The position numbers and the translations under genes are program-made. From NCBI GenBank assembly GCA_963781585.1, contig CAWAGQ010000006.1, positions 64,001 to 128,000 on the forward strand: a stretch of 64,000 nt of DNA, given 5' to 3'. The stretch's first letter is position 1, and every line of letters begins with the position of its first letter. Source of the DNA: an uncultured Gemmatimonadaceae bacterium (lineage in GTDB: Bacteria; Gemmatimonadota; Gemmatimonadetes; Gemmatimonadales; Gemmatimonadaceae). Below are positions 59,024-64,000 of the stretch, piece by piece. Under the pieces are notes generated by a model. The model had not been told where the DNA came from. It worked only from the letters and a program-made list of their open reading frames with translations, and made no database searches.

Positions 59024-60025
59024 ATGACGAATCCCTACAGTCCGACCCTCATCGCCCACTTCCGCAAGCCGCGGAATCGTGGATCCCTGGTCGCGCCAAC
59101 GATTGCGGAGGAAGGGACCAACCCACTGTGCGGCGATCGCGTGCGCATCGAACTGCTGGTGGAGGGTGGGATGGTGCGCGACGCCCGGTTCACGGCGAAT
59201 GCGTGCGCGATCTGCGTCGCGTCGGCATCGGTCCTGACCGATCTGGTCCGGAATGCGCCGCTCGATGAGGTCGAGACGCTCACCGTGGACGACCTGCTCA
59301 AGACGCTCAAGGCGACCGTACCATCGGCACGCATGAACTGCGTTCGGCTGCCGCTCACAGTGCTTCACGCGGGGGTCCGCCTCCATCGCCAGCGGCCCAG
59401 CGAGGGCGGGGCGGCGCCGGGTCGCCGGAGCAGCGCGGCCGGGATCGTCCTGGCGGCGGGGCTGGCGCGCCGCTTCGGCGCCCAGAAACTCGTTGCTCCG
59501 TTCGCCGGATCGACCGTGATCCGTACCACGGTGGATCGCTTGCGGGCGGCGCAGATCGACCCGGTGGTGGTGGTCGTGGGCCCCGACGGAGGCGCGATTC
59601 GGTCCGCGCTCAGCGGGATCGAGGTGTTGTGGGCGGTGAATCCGGAGCCGGCCCGCGGCATGTCGTCGTCGCTGGGTGCGGGGGTGGCCGCGCTGCCCCC
59701 GCATGTGGCGGCCGCGTTCGTCGCACTCGGCGATCAGCCGATGGTTGATGGGCTGGTGCTGGACCAGTTGATGGAGGCGTGGTGGCGCGGGGAGCGTCCG
59801 ATCGTGGCGCCGCGCTATCGGGGGCGGCGCGGCAACCCGGTGTTGTTCGATCGTTCGCTGTTCGCCGATCTGCAGGCGCTCGAGGGGGACCGCGGTGCAC
59901 GCGACTACATCGACGCGAACCGGGAACGGTTACAGGTCGTGGATGTGGATGACGCGATGCCGCTCGACGTGGATACGCCGGCCGACTACGATACGCTGCT
60001 GCGCGAGCAGCGCCCACCGCGTTAG
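59024..60025 (+). CDS. Fusion of an IscU/SufU-like domain and a MocA/MobA-like nucleotidyltransferase
   Basis: N-terminal HFRKPRNRG, NPLCGD, ACAICVAS, RMNC; C-terminal VLAAGLARRFG..KL, GMSSSL, LGDQP, GNPVLF, GDRGAR, DVDTPADY. Confidence 0.88.
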   Translation: MTNPYSPTLIAHFRKPRNRGSLVAPTIAEEGTNPLCGDRVRIELLVEGGMVRDARFTANACAICVASASVLTDLVRNAPLDEVETLTVDDLLKTLKATVPSARMNCVRLPLTVLHAGVRLHRQRPSEGGAAPGRRSSAAGIVLAAGLARRFGAQKLVAPFAGSTVIRTTVDRLRAAQIDPVVVVVGPDGGAIRSALSGIEVLWAVNPEPARGMSSSLGAGVAALPPHVAAAFVALGDQPMVDGLVLDQLMEAWWRGERPIVAPRYRGRRGNPVLFDRSLFADLQALEGDRGARDYIDANRERLQVVDVDDAMPLDVDTPADYDTLLREQRPPR

Positions 60026-60062
60026 GCAGGACCGGGCCGCAGGCCCGGCCCTGGCTGACGCG

Positions 60063-62900
60063 TCAGTTGGCGGGGATCACCATGCTGGTGATCTTGCCGA
60101 TTCCGCATCCGGAGGGATTCTGGTCCGCGAACGGGCCGAACGTCCCTCCGGAGTTGATGAAGAACGACGGGCCGTGGATGTGGTCGCTGTCGCAATTTGG
60201 GAGATGGGGGTGCGCGATCGTGACGCCGGAGAACGCCGACAGCGGGATTTGCGTTCCGGCCGGGAAAGGACCGTAGGCATTGCCCAGGGTCACGACCTTG
60301 ACGCTCACCGTGCCGTGCACATCGACCGTGAGGTCGACGCTTTCCGACCCCTGGGTGGCAGTGACCTTGACCTGACCGGTGAACGACTTGGCCTGTGAAC
60401 AGTTGAACTTCACCGTGACCGTGCGACTCTCCCCCGGAGGAATGGTGACCGTTCCTCCCACGATGTCGATGACCGTCGAGCCGACCACGACGCTGCTGAT
60501 GTCCATGGGAGTGGTGCCGTTGTTGGTGACGGTGAACGTGCCGAGGGTTTGCGGGCACGCCGTGTCGCCGACGACGTGAACTGCATCGATGGTCTGGGTG
60601 CTGAGTTGCGCGCAGTCCTTGCCGTCCACGCCGTCATTGAAGCTGCTGGTGACGGTACCTGCGCCATGGAGAGTGGTCGACTGCGCCCCTTTTGTTCCTT
60701 TGACGCCGTGAGTCTGTCCGTCGCGTCCGTTCCCGCCATTGGCGGTGGTGATGATCGTGTAGCCTCCGTCGGCAGCCTTGCCTCCCAGTCCCATGCCTCC
60801 CAGGCCGTCCTCTCCGCTGGCCGGCCCACCGTTGCCGCCGCGCCCCCCGTGTTGCAGGTCGGGGCATTCCTTCCATCCCAGGCCGCCGTTCCCATTGGAC
60901 CACGCGCCGAATCCTCCCGCACCCCCCGGGGCGATCAGCGGAGCGCCGGTTCCCAGTCCCTTGGCCAGCGCGTCACCGCCCATGCCGCCGAAGGTCTTGA
61001 TCGCACCACCGTAGCCCGCGTCCTTGAGGGCGTCGGTGCCGTCGCCTCCATTGCCGCCGGCGGAGGTGGCTGCTCCGCCCATCCCTCCGACGCCGCCGGT
61101 GACGGTTGCATTGCCGGCACCGATCACGTTGCCAAACGCGGTGAGCGACACGGCCGGCACGCTTCCGCCCTTGCCACCGTGCGACTCGGCATCACCACCG
61201 TCCTGCGTGCGCGCGGTCCCGACGCCCGGCGTGCCGTTCGCGCCCGTCGCGGTCGCCACGCCGCCCTGGCCGCCACTCCCGAGTTCGATCGTGAACGGGT
61301 CCGTGACCTGAATTCCGCCGCTGCCCGAGATCTGGACCAGGCCCGGGGACGCGCCGTCGCCACCTACCGCTTTCCCGTTCGCAGCCTTGGCCGGATTCAC
61401 GGTGCCCGGCACGCCGGTCGCAATGGCCGACCCCCCGATGCCCCCGTTACCCGACTTGATCCGGTTGCCGCTTCCCACGAACACCAGCTTTCCGGTCGAC
61501 CGCACGCGGATCAAACCGCCCTTGCCTCCGTTCCCGCCTGACGCATCGGCGGATGTCTGGCTGTTGTGCGTGCCCGGGCCACCGTTGCCACCGTTCTGCC
61601 CTTCGACATCGGCGCCTCCTGCCAGTGCGAGATCGGCGCCGCGGCACTGCAGGGTGAACGTCGCGCCATCGCTCCCGTTACCACCATGTTGCCCCGCCGA
61701 GCCGCTCGGAGCGTCAGGCGGCGCCGGGAAATTCGAGTGACCCACGCTGCCGCAGACCAGTGGCGTGCCCGCCGCACCGGTGTTTTGCGAGTGGGCCTCC
61801 AAGCCGACGCTCGAGCCCGCGATGAAGAAGTCGTTGTCGGTGAGCGAGGAGTCGTTCTCGATCTCGAGCGCACCAGCCCGTCGGATCGTAGCCCCCTCGA
61901 TGGTGAAACCACCGCCCGCGTAGATCTTGAGGCGGGGAGGATTCTCAGGCTGCACGGCGCAGCTGTTGTCCAGCGTACCGGTCACGCTGACGGCCTGCTC
62001 ACTGTTGATCGCGATCGCAACGCAGTTCCCCTGCATCGTCCCGGAGACGTCGACCGCTTCGTCCGCATCGATTGTCACGTCGCCGGAAACGGTGACCGTG
62101 CGCCCCGCAGCGATCGTCATGCTGGTCACCTGCACCGTCCCAGTTGTGAACGTCGTATCCTTGGACGGATTCAGAACCACCACCTGCCCCTGGGCCGAAA
62201 AGGTCGCGGGATTCCCGGTGATACCGGAGCCCGTCACGCTGGCGGTCATTGTGTTCGCTCCCTGCGCAGGACCGAGCGTCCACGAATCGAGAGTCGCAAC
62301 GCCATCCGCCGCCGTCTGAGCGCTCCCGGGAGTGACGCTCCCGCCGCCGGCCGTGACGGCAAACGTCACCGTCGCGCCCGCGATCGGATTGTCGAACTGG
62401 TCGGTGACCCGAACGGCTGGCCGCACGGTCACCGCATGGTGCGCAACCGCGGTCTGATTGTCGCCGGCAGTCTTTTCCAGCTTGGCCGGCGGTCCGGCAG
62501 CCGCCGTCGCCGTGAACGTGATCGGGCTTCCGGAGGCGCCGGAAACCGTCGCGGAAAGTGTGTTCGCGCCGGTGGTGTGCCCCAGGACCCACGAGCCGAC
62601 GGCCGCAACGCCGCTCGCGTTTGTCGTCGAGGTCGCGCCGGTAACTGTCCCACCGCCGGACGCGACGGCGAACGTGACGGCAACGCCGGAAACGGGCTGA
62701 GACGATCGGGTGACCTTCACGGAGGGCGCGGTGCCTACCGCCTGCCCCACCGTTCCGTTCTGGCCGTCTCCCGACGCCAGTGCGACGGCCAGGGGACCGG
62801 ACGGTCCGGTCGATTTGTCTCCACCGCCACCGCATCCGGACGATAGCAGAAGGCAGGCAATGCCAAGCGCGCCAAGCGGCGCGAACGTGACTCGTCGCAT
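60063..62900 (-). CDS. Large Gly-rich surface lipoprotein with Ig-like domains (PGRS-like Gly repeats)
   Basis: Lipobox LSSGC; repeated GDxQ...VTFAV..GGG.V Ig modules; many GGxGGxGG tracts; C-terminal beta-sandwich. Confidence 0.82.
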   Translation of the reverse strand: MRRVTFAPLGALGIACLLLSSGCGGGGDKSTGPSGPLAVALASGDGQNGTVGQAVGTAPSVKVTRSSQPVSGVAVTFAVASGGGTVTGATSTTNASGVAAVGSWVLGHTTGANTLSATVSGASGSPITFTATAAAGPPAKLEKTAGDNQTAVAHHAVTVRPAVRVTDQFDNPIAGATVTFAVTAGGGSVTPGSAQTAADGVATLDSWTLGPAQGANTMTASVTGSGITGNPATFSAQGQVVVLNPSKDTTFTTGTVQVTSMTIAAGRTVTVSGDVTIDADEAVDVSGTMQGNCVAIAINSEQAVSVTGTLDNSCAVQPENPPRLKIYAGGGFTIEGATIRRAGALEIENDSSLTDNDFFIAGSSVGLEAHSQNTGAAGTPLVCGSVGHSNFPAPPDAPSGSAGQHGGNGSDGATFTLQCRGADLALAGGADVEGQNGGNGGPGTHNSQTSADASGGNGGKGGLIRVRSTGKLVFVGSGNRIKSGNGGIGGSAIATGVPGTVNPAKAANGKAVGGDGASPGLVQISGSGGIQVTDPFTIELGSGGQGGVATATGANGTPGVGTARTQDGGDAESHGGKGGSVPAVSLTAFGNVIGAGNATVTGGVGGMGGAATSAGGNGGDGTDALKDAGYGGAIKTFGGMGGDALAKGLGTGAPLIAPGGAGGFGAWSNGNGGLGWKECPDLQHGGRGGNGGPASGEDGLGGMGLGGKAADGGYTIITTANGGNGRDGQTHGVKGTKGAQSTTLHGAGTVTSSFNDGVDGKDCAQLSTQTIDAVHVVGDTACPQTLGTFTVTNNGTTPMDISSVVVGSTVIDIVGGTVTIPPGESRTVTVKFNCSQAKSFTGQVKVTATQGSESVDLTVDVHGTVSVKVVTLGNAYGPFPAGTQIPLSAFSGVTIAHPHLPNCDSDHIHGPSFFINSGGTFGPFADQNPSGCGIGKITSMVIPAN

Positions 62901-63078
62901 GGGAACCCCTGGAGGAGAGTCTGGCCACATTAGCCCGCTTTAACGCTCGGTGCAAGAAGTGCACGAGGTCGGTTTGGTATCGACAATCGCGTCCTCGACG
63001 GAGCAGGGGCGGCGCGCCGTGCGGGCGACTTTCAAGTCATTGTCAGCAATCCGGATCCAGGGTGTGGACTGGTGCAGG

Positions 63079-64000
63079 TCAGTGGAAGTCGTGACCCTTG
63101 GCCCAGCCCTCGCCGGCGTCCGCGCGTAATGCCCGGAACTGTTCGCCGCGGAGATTCACCACGCGGCTTTCCACCTGCAGCGTGCCGCGCACCAGCAGGA
63201 GCGGCGACGTCGAGATGAGCAGCGCCTGCCGCTCGAAGCGTTTGGGTGTGACGACGACATTGAGGATTCCGGTCTCGTCCTCGAGCGAGAGGAATACGAA
63301 TCCCTTGGCGGTTCCCGGTCGCTGCCGGCAGATGACGAGCCCGGCGTGCGCGACGCGTTCGCCGTTCTTTCCGCGCCGCAGGAGGTCGGCTGCCGACCGA
63401 ATCCCGTTAGGCGCGAGATGCGGCCGCAGGTGGCGCAGCGGATGGCCGTTGAGGGAGAGGCCGGTCATGCGGTAGTCGGCGTCGGTGAGCTCGATCCGGG
63501 AGAGGGGAGGGAGGGCGGGGCCGGGTGCCTGACGGGACGAGGTACCGGGTGGGCGCGAGTGGGTTGTCGTACGCACGGCGCGCGGCAGCAGCGGATCGGT
63601 GTGGGGCCGCTCTCCGACATCCGTGTTTCGCTGCGGCGCCAGCGGCCCCGCGTCTCCGCGCATCGCATCCAGCACACGCCAGAGCGCCACCCGCCGCCGC
63701 TGCGCGGGCGGCACGTCGGCCACCATCGTATCGAACGCCCCGGCCTCGCACAGCGCGCGCAACGCGCCCTGGTCGAGGGCCGCGCGTCGAACGACATCCG
63801 GAATGTCCGCGAACGATCCGTCGCGCAGCGCGCGCTCCAGTTTCTCGCGCGCTGCCGCGCCCAGGCCGCGGACCAGGCGGAGGCCGAGGCGGACCACAGG
63901 AGCCGCAGTGCCGGGTGCGGAACGCGTGGTGCGCGGAGGACTTCCCGTCGGCGTCGGTCGGGCCTGTGGCCTGTGGCCTGTGGCCTGTGGCCTCTGGACT
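63079..64000 (-). CDS. dnaE2: Error-prone DNA polymerase DnaE2/ImuC, C-terminal part; runs off the window end
   Basis: VRLGLRLVRGL, DYRMTGLSLNGHP, AGLVICRQRPGTAKG, LEDETG, C-terminal HDFH (RDFH-type); frame open to 64000. Confidence 0.92.
   Translation of the reverse strand, partial: VQRPQATGHRPQARPTPTGSPPRTTRSAPGTAAPVVRLGLRLVRGLGAAAREKLERALRDGSFADIPDVVRRAALDQGALRALCEAGAFDTMVADVPPAQRRRVALWRVLDAMRGDAGPLAPQRNTDVGERPHTDPLLPRAVRTTTHSRPPGTSSRQAPGPALPPLSRIELTDADYRMTGLSLNGHPLRHLRPHLAPNGIRSAADLLRRGKNGERVAHAGLVICRQRPGTAKGFVFLSLEDETGILNVVVTPKRFERQALLISTSPLLLVRGTLQVESRVVNLRGEQFRALRADAGEGWAKGHDFH
63963..63997 (+). repeat. Heptamer tandem array (CCTGTGG x4, CCTCTGG) inside the dnaE2 frame
   Basis: Read directly. 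Confidence 0.85.

Noticed and set aside
1..64000. tRNA (including tRNA-Sec), rRNA, IS elements or prophage
   Set aside because: No cloverleaf, rRNA-like, transposase or phage structural signatures recognised by eye; a tRNAscan/Infernal run would be needed to exclude them fully

Overview
High-GC bacterial chromosomal window. Gene content and style suggest Gemmatimonadota, which is an inference. It is densely coding, and I found no rRNA, tRNA, CRISPR array, transposase or prophage. In order it carries: a partial rhodanese; a thioredoxin-like [2Fe-2S] ferredoxin, an HTH-PTS-IIA gene and a hydrogenase-4-like membrane complex whose large subunit lacks the NiFe ligands (Ehr type, with an apparent +1 frameshift fusing two subunits); an HNH nuclease; an amidohydrolase; a mycobacterial-Sdh1-like succinate dehydrogenase; a fused E1 alpha/beta dehydrogenase; HIT; an Ada-like protein; BlaI/BlaR1 with a clear promoter and twin operators; nadE; PBP1A; an M8 protease; a MacB-like permease; lon; two tandem Ser/Thr kinases; hydrolases; baeRF plus Hsp20; an M16 peptidase pair; a DEAD-box helicase; a pseudopilin; pfkA; an HrpB-like helicase; ispH; an XdhC/Moco maturation cluster; a Gly-rich Ig-domain lipoprotein; and the 3' end of dnaE2. 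The main points of interest are (1) a hidden SelW/Rdx-type selenoprotein (CxxU, in-frame UGA plus a SECIS-like hairpin) at 47607-47843 that the ORF track misses, (2) an IscU/SufU-MocA fusion inside an XdhC operon, (3) the PTS-IIA/ferredoxin-linked Ehr complex, (4) a dispersed family of CCTNYGR heptamer arrays, mostly just upstream of genes, and (5) paired kinases sharing a 2TM plus coiled-coil C-terminus. All calls come from motif recognition by eye; no searches were run.
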